From an uncultured Alphaproteobacteria bacterium (GTDB lineage Bacteria; Pseudomonadota; Alphaproteobacteria; Sphingomonadales; Sphingomonadaceae): a stretch of DNA of 64,000 bases. A program made the translations under genes and the position numbers. Below are positions 51,308 to 60,936 of this stretch, in pieces (the stretch's first letter is position 1; every line of letters begins with the position of its first letter). The stretch is from contig OY969784.1 in assembly GCA_963703055.1 (NCBI GenBank), positions 992,872-1,056,871 of the forward strand, written 5' to 3'. Below the pieces are notes generated by a model. It searched no databases, was not told where the DNA came from, and saw only the letters and a list, made by a program, of their open reading frames with translations.

Positions 51308-52260
51308 CAATGATCTCTTTCAACGGCAAAGCGCGCAATCGCGCGCAGAAGATCGGCTTCTCGTCCATGCGAGGAAAGGTGTTCGATCGCCTGATTGACA
51401 AGGACATCGGCCTGCTGGCGCGCGCGTTCCTCGCCGAGCAGCGAGACAAAGGTGGCCTTGCCGGCATTCGCATCGCGACCGATCGGCTTGCCGGCGGCCG
51501 TCTCATCGCCGCTGTGGTCGATGAGATCGTCGGCGATCTGGAAGGCAAGTCCGATATTGCGCGCATAGCCTCGGTACGGAGTGCGTGCTTCCGCTGCCAT
51601 CTTGTTCATGATGCAGGCCGCTTCGACAGCATATTCGATCAATGCGCCGGTCTTGAGCTGCTGGAGCCTCGTGATCGAGGGAAGATCGAGCGACTGGCCT
51701 TCGGCCGCAAGGTCCATCATTTGGCCGCCAGCCATCCCGTTCGGCCCTGCCGCACGGCTGAGTTCGAGGACCAGATCGGATCGGACCCAGGGATCCTCAT
51801 GAGTTGCGGGATTTGCAAGGATTTCGAATGCGAGCGCATGAAGGCTGTCTCCCGCAAGAACCGCGGCGGCCTCGCCGAAGGCTTTGTGAACCGTCGCCTT
51901 TCCGCGTCTCAGTTCCGCATTGTCCATGCAGGGCAAATCATCGTGAATGAGCGAATAGACGTGGATCGCTTCGATCCCACAACCGACCCTCAGCGCCCGG
52001 TCGCGATCGATTGCGAACAGTCTTGATGCAGCAATGGTCAACAAAGGTCGGAGACGCTTGCCGCCGCCGATGGCAGCGTGTCGCATTGCAGCGTAAAATT
52101 GTTCGCGGCTGTCACCAGTTGGCGCCAGCAGGTCGGCAAAGAAGCCATCGACCTCGGCCGAAACCCGCTTCGCTTCGGCTTCGAGCTCCTGGGCGAGCCG
52201 GTCGATCGTCTCAATCGGCATCGAAGGGTTTGATACCAGCGGGCTTGCCATCGCTTCCAA
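51307..52260 (-). CDS. ispA: polyprenyl (farnesyl) diphosphate synthase
   Basis: FARM LIHDDLPCMDN and SARM FQIADDLID. The exact start is uncertain (52221-52260). Confidence 0.85.
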   Translation of the reverse strand: MEAMASPLVSNPSMPIETIDRLAQELEAEAKRVSAEVDGFFADLLAPTGDSREQFYAAMRHAAIGGGKRLRPLLTIAASRLFAIDRDRALRVGCGIEAIHVYSLIHDDLPCMDNAELRRGKATVHKAFGEAAAVLAGDSLHALAFEILANPATHEDPWVRSDLVLELSRAAGPNGMAGGQMMDLAAEGQSLDLPSITRLQQLKTGALIEYAVEAACIMNKMAAEARTPYRGYARNIGLAFQIADDLIDHSGDETAAGKPIGRDANAGKATFVSLLGEERARQQADVLVNQAIEHLSSHGREADLLRAIARFAVERDH

Positions 52261-52462
52261 AGGCGATCTGCTCGATCCGAGCCTGCGCGTCCTTGAGACG
52301 GGCCTCGCAGTGTCGCCTCAACCGATCGCCCTCGCGATAGAGCCCGATTGACTCGTCGAGCGGCGCCTCACCCTTCTCAAGCGTGCGAACGATCTCTTCG
52401 AGGCGCTTTAAAGCCTCCTCGAAGCTGAGCTGCTCAACATTGTTGGTCTCGACGGTGGCCAT
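52211..52462 (-). CDS. xseB: exodeoxyribonuclease VII small subunit
   Basis: LSFEEALKRLEEIVRTLEKGEAPLDESIGLYREG is a typical XseB. Confidence 0.85.
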   Translation of the reverse strand: MATVETNNVEQLSFEEALKRLEEIVRTLEKGEAPLDESIGLYREGDRLRRHCEARLKDAQARIEQIAFGSDGKPAGIKPFDAD

Positions 52463-52505
52463 GGTCTGAGTTTGAGCCGCCCTTGTGTCCAAATCAAGCG
52501 AACAG

Positions 52506-53210
52506 CTATTCCATCGGACGGTTCGTGAACGGGTCGCGGATCCCAGGGACGATCTCGTCGCGAAGGGCCTCATCGCTTGCCCCAGCGAGCGCGGCTTCGG
52601 CTTCGCGCAGATGTTGCTCGCGCTCGCGGCGAAGCTCCTCGATCAAAGCCTCTCGATCGCTGTCGAGACGGGTGTCGGTGGGGGCCTCAGTCCCCGCAAC
52701 CTTGGCCGCTCGGGCAACCGAAGCATCGAGTTCCCGCTGGCTCGTCAAGCCCAGCGTCACCGGGTCCTTGGGCGTGATGTTCGCCATGTTCCAGTGAGTC
52801 CGGTCGCGGATTGCAGCGATGGTTGTTCGCGTCGTTCCAATGAGCTTGCTGATCTGGCCGTCGCTGACATTGGGATGATTTTTGATGATCCAGGCAATTC
52901 CATCAGGCTTGTCCTGCCGTTTGCTGACCGGAGTGTAGCGTGGGCCGCGGGTGCGTCGGACTGCCTCGGGTGCCTTGTGCATCTGAAGCCGATGATCAGG
53001 GTCGCTCTGGCCCTTTTCGATTTCCTCGTGCGTGAGTTCATTCGCCCGAATGGGATCGCGACCCGTCAATTTGGTCGCCGCGGTATCGTCCGCAATCGCC
53101 TGGATCTCGAGAATGTGAAGTTCGCAAAATTGCGCGATCTGCTCGAAGGTGAGCGAGGTATTATCGACCAGCCAGGCGGCGGTCGCATGGGGCATCAGGG
53201 GCTGGGCCAC
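52506..53210 (-). CDS. DUF1013 protein (TrcR-type cell-cycle regulator family)
   Basis: PLMPHATAAWLVDNTSLTFEQIAQFCELH..IAWIIKNHPNVSDGQISKLIGTT duplicated-HTH pattern of DUF1013. Confidence 0.8.
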   Translation of the reverse strand: MAQPLMPHATAAWLVDNTSLTFEQIAQFCELHILEIQAIADDTAATKLTGRDPIRANELTHEEIEKGQSDPDHRLQMHKAPEAVRRTRGPRYTPVSKRQDKPDGIAWIIKNHPNVSDGQISKLIGTTRTTIAAIRDRTHWNMANITPKDPVTLGLTSQRELDASVARAAKVAGTEAPTDTRLDSDREALIEELRREREQHLREAEAALAGASDEALRDEIVPGIRDPFTNRPME

Positions 53211-53442
53211 TGGGATGTCTCCGTTCTTACAAATGAATAGGGCCGCCCCTCACGGAGCGGCCGCCTTGCCGGGCGATGTAAACCCGCGCCGCGGTTGCGG
53301 CAAGGCAGAACTGACGAATGCCGCGTGGCTCTTCAGCAACCATTGCGGCCGGCCAGCCGGCTTGGTGAAACATTAGGGGTTCACTCTTCGCCTAGAATGG
53401 GAAGATCTTCGCGTTCGTCGCCCGACTCTGGTTAGCGATCGA

Positions 53443-54063
53443 TCAGGAACTGCTTGGAATGAAGCGCGGCTCGCCTTTCACTCGTTCCATCCATTCGACA
53501 ATTCGCGGATAGAGGAAAAGATTGAAATCGGCATCGCCGGCAACATGCGTATAGGCGAAAAGACAGATATCGGCGAGACTGACCGAATTTCCGACAAACC
53601 ATGAGCGGCCGCTGAGGTGATCGTTCATGAGCTTGAGAGCGGCGTTCCCGGCCTGCATTTTGCCCGCAATCTGAAGACGCTGAGCTTCTGATAGATTTTG
53701 ATTTCCGAGATAATGAATCCAGAACCGAAGCGTCGCGATATTGGGCTCATGGCTATATTGCTCGAAGAACAGCCAGTGCAGCATGTCGGCGTGGTCGAAC
53801 CGCTCGCGCGGAATGAGCGCGCTGTCTTCGGCCAGATAATAACAGGCGGCGTTGCTCTCCGGAATGAAGCGACCGTCGACCTCCAGAACCGGGATTCGCC
53901 CATTGGGATTGATCCGATCGAGAAAGTCTGGAGTCCTCGTCTCCTGGCGGAAAATATCATATTCCCGACGTTCGATATGAATACCGAGCAGAGCTGCGGT
54001 GAGGCGCACCTTGTAGCAATTGCCAGACGCTGCATATTCGTGAAGCACGATTTTGTCGCTCAT
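53443..54063 (-). CDS. glutathione S-transferase
   Basis: N-terminal thioredoxin-like GST fold (..SGNCYKVRL..NPNGRIPVL) plus a helical C-domain. ATGA overlap with the upstream gene. Confidence 0.85.
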   Translation of the reverse strand: MSDKIVLHEYAASGNCYKVRLTAALLGIHIERREYDIFRQETRTPDFLDRINPNGRIPVLEVDGRFIPESNAACYYLAEDSALIPRERFDHADMLHWLFFEQYSHEPNIATLRFWIHYLGNQNLSEAQRLQIAGKMQAGNAALKLMNDHLSGRSWFVGNSVSLADICLFAYTHVAGDADFNLFLYPRIVEWMERVKGEPRFIPSSS

Positions 54064-55052
54064 CGGGCGACCTCAAGAACGATTTTCCCGATATGCTCAC
54101 CCGATTCCATTCGCGCGTGGGCCAATTCTGCCTGTTCCAGAGGAAAGGTGCTGTCGATTACGGGCCGAAGGCGACCGCCTTCGACATAGGGCCAGACTGT
54201 CTTCGCAATTTCGTCCGCGACCATGGTCTTGAACTCGACTGGCCGCCCGCGAAGGGTTGAACCGGTCAGTGTCAAGCGCCGCCGCATGATATCGAAGATC
54301 GGAACTTCGGCACTCGGCCCACGCTGGACTGCAATCGAGATATGCCGCCCGTCGCTTGAAAGGCAGGCAAGATTTCGCGGCACATAGTCACCACCAACCA
54401 TGTCGACGACGACATTCACGCCCGAACGGTTAGTGATGCGATGAACTTCTTCGACGAAGTCCTGCTCGCGGTAGTCGATTGCATGCATCGCTCCGAGTTT
54501 GACAGCCTGCTCGCATTTGTAACGGCTTCCGCACGTTACAATCACCTTCAAACCAAAGAGTTTGCCAAGCGCGATTGCCATTGTCCCGATCCCGCTCGTG
54601 CCGCCATGAACGAGGACCCAGTCACCGTCGGCGGCAAAACCCCGCTCGAACAAATTCACCCACACTGTAAAGAGAGTTTCAGGCATCGCCGCGGCCTCGG
54701 CTAGCGAAATGCACTCGGGGACGAACAAACATGTTCCGATGGGCGCAGTGCAAAATTCCGCATAACCACCGCCTGCGACCAACGCGCACACCTGCCGCCC
54801 GATCCACTCGTCCGCGGCGCCTTCAGCCGCGACGACTTCTCCGGAAATTTCGAGCCCAAGGACGTCAGATGCTCCAGGAGGGGGCGGATACATGCCCTTT
54901 CGCTGGAGGATGTCGGGACGATTCACGCCCGCCGCTGCGACCTTCACAAGCACTTCGCCCGCTTTTGGTGCCGGGACGGGACGCTCGACATGGTCAATTG
55001 CTCCCGCGCCGTTTGCGACGACAGCGTGCATTGAGGAAGGGAGCTTTGTCAC
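54060..55052 (-). CDS. NAD(P)H:quinone oxidoreductase (MDR superfamily, PIG3-like)
   Basis: GVNRPD..G.YP.PPGAS, HGGTSGIGT nucleotide-binding motif. Confidence 0.85.
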   Translation of the reverse strand: MTKLPSSMHAVVANGAGAIDHVERPVPAPKAGEVLVKVAAAGVNRPDILQRKGMYPPPPGASDVLGLEISGEVVAAEGAADEWIGRQVCALVAGGGYAEFCTAPIGTCLFVPECISLAEAAAMPETLFTVWVNLFERGFAADGDWVLVHGGTSGIGTMAIALGKLFGLKVIVTCGSRYKCEQAVKLGAMHAIDYREQDFVEEVHRITNRSGVNVVVDMVGGDYVPRNLACLSSDGRHISIAVQRGPSAEVPIFDIMRRRLTLTGSTLRGRPVEFKTMVADEIAKTVWPYVEGGRLRPVIDSTFPLEQAELAHARMESGEHIGKIVLEVAR

Positions 55053-55100
55053 CGCGATGGCTTATTGACAGGCCCGAGTTACGGGTCAACGGTTCCGGTC

Positions 55101-55301
55101 GTGGATTTGGACGATCTTTTTCCAAGCAAGCCCGACGATCCCCTTATTGCGCTCGCTCGGCAGGACCTCGATCCAATGTCGATCGAGGAGCTCAATGCCA
55201 GGATCGCTGCGCTCAAGGTTGAAATCGCACGGGTCGAAAGCCACATGAAGCGGGCACAGGACCACCGTTCCGCCGCGGAAGAGCTATTCAAGAAATCGTG
55301 A
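55101..55301 (+). CDS. DUF1192 protein
   Basis: DLDDLFPSKPDDPL..LDPMSIEELNARIAALKVEIARV is a typical DUF1192. Start set at GTG 55101. Confidence 0.6.
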   Translation: MDLDDLFPSKPDDPLIALARQDLDPMSIEELNARIAALKVEIARVESHMKRAQDHRSAAEELFKKS

Positions 55302-55473
55302 GTGCAAACGTCGGGCGAGGCCTCGCGCGACGATTGCTCCTGGCCCTGGAACGCTCGAGAAGCGATAATCTGTTGAAAAGCCCGAACAAGGCTCTTGATT
55401 GACGCGGTCGAGCATATGACATTCGTTCAAAGGCCCCGGTGGCTTTTGCCACGGGCGCGGGAGACTATGATTA

Positions 55474-57819
55474 ATGCCCAGTTTTGCTCGCGAACTCGAA
55501 CAAACCCTTCACAATGCTCTTGGTGAAGCCAGCAAGCGCAGGCACGAGTATGCGACTCTTGAACACCTTCTGATTGCGCTCATCGATGACGAGCACGCGT
55601 CGAAGGTGATGACCGCCTGCGGCGTCAGCCGGGACGAGCTGCGCGCGTCGGTCAAGCAATATCTCGACAGCGAGCTTGGAGCACTGGTCGCCGACAGCGC
55701 AACCGATCCGACTCCCACAAGCGGGTTTCAGCGGGTGATTCAGCGCGCTATTCTCCACGTTCAATCCTCCGGGCGGGATGAAGTAACGGGGGCGAACGTT
55801 CTCGTGGCGCTCTTTTCCGAGCGCGAATCCTATGCCGTCTACTTCCTTCAGCAGCAGGATATGAGCCGACTGGATGCCGTCACCTACATCAGTCACGGTG
55901 TCGGTAAGGGCGATTCCCCGCAGGAATCGCGGGCTCCCGAAGGGACCGAAGAAAAAACCGAGAAGGAGAGCAGCAAGAAAGAGTCTGCTCTTAAGCAATT
56001 TACCGTCGATTTGAACGAGAAGGCGCGCGCCGGAAAGGTCGATCCCTTAATCGGCCGGATGCCGGAGGTGGATCGCACCGTTCAGATTCTCTGCCGCCGG
56101 TCGAAGAACAATCCGCTCTATGTCGGCGATCCCGGTGTCGGGAAAACCGCGATTGCAGAAGGTCTCGCTCGCAAGATCATCGAAGGCGACGTTCCTGAAG
56201 TGCTCAAGGGCGCGGTCATTTACGCGCTCGACATGGGATCGCTCCTCGCCGGGACGCGGTACCGTGGCGACTTCGAGGAACGTCTGAAGTCCGTGGTATC
56301 GGAGCTTGAGAAGCTTCCCAGTGCAATCCTCTTCATCGACGAAATTCATACGGTAATCGGCGCGGGCGCAACTTCGGGAGGCGCGATGGACGCCTCGAAC
56401 CTACTGAAGCCAGCGCTTTCCTCCGGTGCGATCCGCTGCATCGGATCAACGACCTACAAGGAATTTCGCAACCATTTCGAGAAGGACCGGGCTCTCCTTC
56501 GACGTTTTCAGAAGATCGACGTCAACGAGCCCTCGATTGAAGATACGATCAAGATCATTGCCGGCCTTCGATCGTCATTCGAGGGCCATCATAATGTCCG
56601 CTATACCCCGGATGCGATCAAATCTGCCGTCGAACTCAGCGCCAGATATATCCACGACCGCAAGCTCCCGGACAAAGCGATCGACGTGATCGACGAGGTC
56701 GGGGCAATGCAGATGCTTGTCCCGCCGAGCCGGCGCAAGAAGGTGATCACGACCAAGGAAATCGAAGCCGTCGTTGCGACGATTGCAAGGATCCCGCCCA
56801 AATCGGTGAGTGCGGATGACAAGCAAGTGCTTGAGCATCTCGAAGCCGATCTCAAGCGCGTCGTCTTTGGCCAGGAGCTTGCGATCGAAAAACTGGCCTC
56901 TGCCATCAAACTCAGCCGCGCCGGTCTTCGTGATCCCGACAAGCCGATCGGCAATTATCTTTTCTCCGGGCCGACCGGTGTTGGAAAGACTGAGGTCGCT
57001 CGGCAACTCGCGTCAATCCTCGGCATTCCGCTGCAGCGGTTCGACATGTCCGAATATATGGAGCGGCACTCCGTCAGCAGGTTGATCGGAGCGCCTCCAG
57101 GCTATGTCGGTTACGATCAGGGCGGATTGCTCACCGATGCGGTCGATCAGCATCCCCACAGCGTTTTGCTGCTTGATGAAATCGAAAAGGCGCATCCTGA
57201 CCTTTTCAATATTCTTCTTCAGGTCATGGATAATGGGAAACTGACCGACCATCATGGAAAAACGGTCGATTTCAGAAACACCATTCTCATCATGACGACG
57301 AACGCGGGTGCGGCCGACATGACGCGCGAAAGCATCGGATTTGGTGCCGCGACCCGCGAAGATGCGCAGGAAGATGCCGTCAAAAGGATGTTTACGCCCG
57401 AGTTTCGCAATCGGCTCGATGCGATCGTGCCCTTTGCCTATCTTCCGCCGGCAGTGGTCGCGCGGGTCGTCGACAAATTCATTCTTCAGCTCGAACTTCA
57501 GCTTGCCGATCGCAACGTTCACATCGAGCTCGACGAGGAAGCTCGCAAATGGCTCGTCGACCGCGGCTATGACAAACTGTACGGCGCCCGGCCGATGGGA
57601 AGGCTCGTTCAGGAGAAGATTAAGCAGCCGCTCGCGGAGGAGTTGCTGTTCGGAAAGCTTGTCAACGGCGGCGAGGTCAAGGTCCGGATCAAGGACAATG
57701 CGCCCTCGTTCGAGATCGTTCCTGCACCGCCAAAGCCGCCAAAGGCGAAGCGAAACGGAAAATCACAGCCCGTTGAAGCGAAAAAGAAAGCTGGCGGCGA
57801 GGCTCCAGCGACCGAATAG
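55474..57819 (+). CDS. clpA: ATP-dependent Clp protease ATP-binding subunit ClpA
   Basis: Clp_N repeats and two AAA+ modules (GDPGVGKT, GPTGVGKT). 781 aa. Confidence 0.97.
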   Translation: MPSFARELEQTLHNALGEASKRRHEYATLEHLLIALIDDEHASKVMTACGVSRDELRASVKQYLDSELGALVADSATDPTPTSGFQRVIQRAILHVQSSGRDEVTGANVLVALFSERESYAVYFLQQQDMSRLDAVTYISHGVGKGDSPQESRAPEGTEEKTEKESSKKESALKQFTVDLNEKARAGKVDPLIGRMPEVDRTVQILCRRSKNNPLYVGDPGVGKTAIAEGLARKIIEGDVPEVLKGAVIYALDMGSLLAGTRYRGDFEERLKSVVSELEKLPSAILFIDEIHTVIGAGATSGGAMDASNLLKPALSSGAIRCIGSTTYKEFRNHFEKDRALLRRFQKIDVNEPSIEDTIKIIAGLRSSFEGHHNVRYTPDAIKSAVELSARYIHDRKLPDKAIDVIDEVGAMQMLVPPSRRKKVITTKEIEAVVATIARIPPKSVSADDKQVLEHLEADLKRVVFGQELAIEKLASAIKLSRAGLRDPDKPIGNYLFSGPTGVGKTEVARQLASILGIPLQRFDMSEYMERHSVSRLIGAPPGYVGYDQGGLLTDAVDQHPHSVLLLDEIEKAHPDLFNILLQVMDNGKLTDHHGKTVDFRNTILIMTTNAGAADMTRESIGFGAATREDAQEDAVKRMFTPEFRNRLDAIVPFAYLPPAVVARVVDKFILQLELQLADRNVHIELDEEARKWLVDRGYDKLYGARPMGRLVQEKIKQPLAEELLFGKLVNGGEVKVRIKDNAPSFEIVPAPPKPPKAKRNGKSQPVEAKKKAGGEAPATE

Positions 57820-57896
57820 GGTCTCGCGTGGAGCGCCAAGATTGCGCGCTAGTCGATCCTTCATGCTCGTCATAAGCCGTCGGGTAGTCCTCCGGC

Positions 57897-58367
57897 TCAA
57901 TGCTTGGAATGGATGACAACCGTTCCTTTCGATCCATTGGGTGCCGGTTGGACGTCGATCGTAAAGGGACTGCCGTCTTTCGACGTTCCCGAAACTGAGT
58001 TGCCCGCTATCGATGCCTTCACATCTTTGGCCTTGAACTGATCGATGAAATAGGAACGCGTTGCATCTGGAGATCCAGGAGCGTTGAAGCCGAGATTAAC
58101 CGTCGCGCCCTCGTCGGCGGCGTCCACCGAAAAACCGGTGATGGTCGCGCCCGGCATCAAACGCACTCCATCGATGTCGAAGCTACCGTTGTGCATGACC
58201 GAGGTCGGAACCTTCACCTGTCCTTGGACGAACGGCAAATTGAAGGCGATATGACCGCTCTCGTCGGCATTGATGGTCACATTTTCATCGCCGTTGGCTA
58301 CGTCTTTGCTTTGCACATTGCATCCTGAAAGCAGCGGCAAAAGCAGAACAAGCGCCTTGTGGTTCAT
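57897..58367 (-). CDS. hypothetical lipoprotein
   Basis: Lipobox LLSGC after MNHKALVLLLP. No family recognised. Confidence 0.6.
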   Translation of the reverse strand: MNHKALVLLLPLLSGCNVQSKDVANGDENVTINADESGHIAFNLPFVQGQVKVPTSVMHNGSFDIDGVRLMPGATITGFSVDAADEGATVNLGFNAPGSPDATRSYFIDQFKAKDVKASIAGNSVSGTSKDGSPFTIDVQPAPNGSKGTVVIHSKH

Positions 58368-58437
58368 TTTCCGCACTCCTGTCTTACATGAGCAATACAG
58401 TGGTGTGGTTCGGTCGGTCAAGTCAGTGAGCAATCAG

Positions 58438-59346
58438 CTAAGCGTCGAGCTTCATGCCGATGCGGTCCAGTCTCGCAAGGATCTCGGGTCGAAGCTCAAG
58501 TGCGGCCGCGGAAAGGTTATCGCGAAGGTGCTTGAGCGACGAAGTGCCGGGGATGAGGAGGATATTGGGCGATTTGTGGAGGAGCCATGCAAGTGCCACC
58601 TGCATCGGCGTTGCTTCGATTTCCGCAGCGATGCGGTCGAGTTCGAGCGACTGAAGCGGTGTAAACCCGCCCAGGGGAAAGAACGGAACATAAGCAATAT
58701 TTTCGCCTGAGAGGCTTTCAATGAGATCGTCGTCCTCGCGCATCACCAAATTATATTGATTTTGAACGCACACAATCGGAGCGATCGCCTGCGCCTCGCG
58801 AACCTGCGCAACGGTCACGTTGCTGAGGCCGAGGTGCCGGACGAGCCCTTCCTTCTGAAGTTGGACCATGATTTCGAACTCGCGCGCGATTGATCCCTCG
58901 GCGGGCCCGTGGACTCTTCCCATAAGACGCAGGTTGACCACATCCATTTGCGCGAGCCCGAGGCGCTCAAGATTGTCTTCGAGACCTGAACGCAATTCGC
59001 CAGCCGAGAGAGCCGGAAGCCAAGCCTTGTCGCTGGTCCGCCGGGCGCCGAGCTTCGTCACGATCACGAGATCGGACGGATAGGGATAAAGCGCCTCGCG
59101 AATGATCTCATTCGTGACGAACGGTCCGTAATAGTCGCTGGTATCGATGTGGTTGATCCCGCAAGCCACGGCTTCACGAAGCAATGCGACGGCTTCCTCG
59201 CGATTTGGCGGCGGACCGTAGACCCCAGGTCCTGCCAGCTGCATCGCGCCATAACCCATCCGGTTCACGGTCCGGTCGCCGAGCTGGAAGGTTCCTGCTT
59301 TTGAGATATCGATCAATGATCCAGTTCCTTTAGTTGCAAGGACCAT
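58438..59346 (-). CDS. aldo/keto reductase
   Basis: GYGAMQL..INHIDTSDYYG..LGLSN..IPGTSS motifs. Confidence 0.9.
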   Translation of the reverse strand: MVLATKGTGSLIDISKAGTFQLGDRTVNRMGYGAMQLAGPGVYGPPPNREEAVALLREAVACGINHIDTSDYYGPFVTNEIIREALYPYPSDLVIVTKLGARRTSDKAWLPALSAGELRSGLEDNLERLGLAQMDVVNLRLMGRVHGPAEGSIAREFEIMVQLQKEGLVRHLGLSNVTVAQVREAQAIAPIVCVQNQYNLVMREDDDLIESLSGENIAYVPFFPLGGFTPLQSLELDRIAAEIEATPMQVALAWLLHKSPNILLIPGTSSLKHLRDNLSAAALELRPEILARLDRIGMKLDA

Positions 59347-59484
59347 GGACCCTTTCGAAAGGACTGAAAGGCTTCCTGGGATCGATTGGGCGTCAGTTGC
59401 GACCGGACGGGTTCGCTTAATCGAGAAAATTCTTCCGGAAGCGATCGTTCAAATCAGGAATATTCCAAAGCTCCAATTCGATGC

Positions 59485-60027
59485 TCACGAAAGAGCTTTT
59501 GAAACGGCATCGCGCGAGCGTGCATGAAGTTCCCAGAAATTCTTGATGGTGCGACCCTCGAGCCTCTCCTCAAGGACAGTCAGGTGAGAATTCCAGCCAG
59601 CGCCGAAGTCGCCAAAGCCGCTTCCGCTTCGAATTCCGCGATGAGTGAGGACTAGCCGCGTTCGGTTTCCGTCTGGATGAAGTTCGTAGGTGACGTTGCC
59701 TTCCTTTCCGCCCTGAAAGCTCGTCTCGAGGAGATGCGGAGGCTCGAAGCGGATCACCTTTTCCTTGAACGCCTTCCCCTTCGCGCCCGCGTAACTTTCG
59801 GGATAGGGGACCTCATCATCGGAAAGATTGTCATGATCGACGATGAGCTCGAATTCTCCGCCTGCGTACGCGTCAGTGCCGCCCATGAACCATTGCCGAC
59901 GAAGGTCCGCTTTCGTGAGATAGGACCAAACATCCTCGATGGGCGCATTGAGAAGCCTCTCGAGCCGGATCGCATCGGAACCAATCCGCTCGACGGGCGC
60001 GCTTGTTTTCACTGCTGAATCAGCCAT
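59485..60027 (-). CDS. SRPBCC/AHSA1-domain protein
   Basis: RLLNAPIEDVWSYLT..WF.. pattern. Last gene of the arsR operon. Confidence 0.8.
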   Translation of the reverse strand: MADSAVKTSAPVERIGSDAIRLERLLNAPIEDVWSYLTKADLRRQWFMGGTDAYAGGEFELIVDHDNLSDDEVPYPESYAGAKGKAFKEKVIRFEPPHLLETSFQGGKEGNVTYELHPDGNRTRLVLTHRGIRSGSGFGDFGAGWNSHLTVLEERLEGRTIKNFWELHARSRDAVSKALS

Positions 60028-60466
60028 TTTTTGTCTCCATCTGTCGAGCGAAACTGTCGATGATCATCGTCCATCCCTTGCGAACGGGCTCTGCATAGGA
60101 CGCCCATTTTTGCGGGATTTCGTGAGCGAGCGTCAGTCGGCAGCCAGTTGGGATTTCGACAAGATCGATGGTCACGGTGGACCACTCCCCTTCTTCAGTA
60201 TCCGGCCCGCGAAATAGAAACGCGATCCTTCGGGGACGGTCGAGCTCAAGAAACTTGCCGTGGTGATCCGCATCACCGTCAGCGCGCCGATCCGTGATCA
60301 GGAAGCGACCTCCGACGCGCGCGTCGATTTCGCAGCGGACGATTGTACCGCCTTCGGTCGCGAACAGGAATTTGGACGCTTCATCCGGTGTGATCCATGC
60401 CTCGTAGACCAACTCGCAGCTCGCCTTGATGTCACGCCGGACCGTCACTTCGACCGAGCCCGTCAT
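60020..60466 (-). CDS. SRPBCC/AHSA1-domain protein
   Basis: VRRDIKASCELVYEAWITPD..WF-type START-like fold. ATGA overlap with arsR. Confidence 0.75.
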   Translation of the reverse strand: MTGSVEVTVRRDIKASCELVYEAWITPDEASKFLFATEGGTIVRCEIDARVGGRFLITDRRADGDADHHGKFLELDRPRRIAFLFRGPDTEEGEWSTVTIDLVEIPTGCRLTLAHEIPQKWASYAEPVRKGWTMIIDSFARQMETKNG

Positions 60467-60795
60467 CACAAATCCCTTCCCTGAGCTTCGAGAATTGTCT
60501 GAAGCCGATCGAGCCTGTCGGTCCAGAGTTTTTCCCATTGCCCAAGCCAGAGATCCGCCTGCTCGAGAGGTTCAGTTTTCAGCGTGCAGATCTGTTTCCG
60601 ACCAGACCTGCGCCGTTCGATCAGCCCCGCTCCCTCGAGGACCTTCACATGTTTCGAGGCGCCCGCGAAACTCATTTGGAACGGCCGTCCCAATTCGCCG
60701 ATCGACTTTTCTCCTAGCGCCAGGTTTGCGAGCATTCCGCGTCGTGTCGGATCGGCAAGTGCGCGAAAGGTCGTATCGAGCTGATTTTCAACCAT
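60466..60795 (-). CDS. ArsR/SmtB-family transcriptional regulator
   Basis: FRALADPTRRGMLANL..KSIGELGRPFQMSFAGASKHVKVLEGAGLI. Confidence 0.85.
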   Translation of the reverse strand: MVENQLDTTFRALADPTRRGMLANLALGEKSIGELGRPFQMSFAGASKHVKVLEGAGLIERRRSGRKQICTLKTEPLEQADLWLGQWEKLWTDRLDRLQTILEAQGRDL

Positions 60796-60827
60796 GGAGT
60801 TTAATATAAGAGCTCGAAATCGATTCA

Positions 60828-60843
60828 TCAACCATCTGGTTGA
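60828..60843. promoter_or_regulatory. candidate ArsR operator: palindrome TCAACCA-tc-TGGTTGA
   Basis: Perfect 7-2-7 inverted repeat 33 bp upstream of the arsR start. Confidence 0.45.
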
Positions 60844-60936
60844 ACAATTAGATCGTGTCGTTTGTCGACGCACTCCTTGAAGTGATCAGATGAAAAGTAA
60901 ATCGTTCCCGATCAAATCGAACAGGGGGACTTGTAA

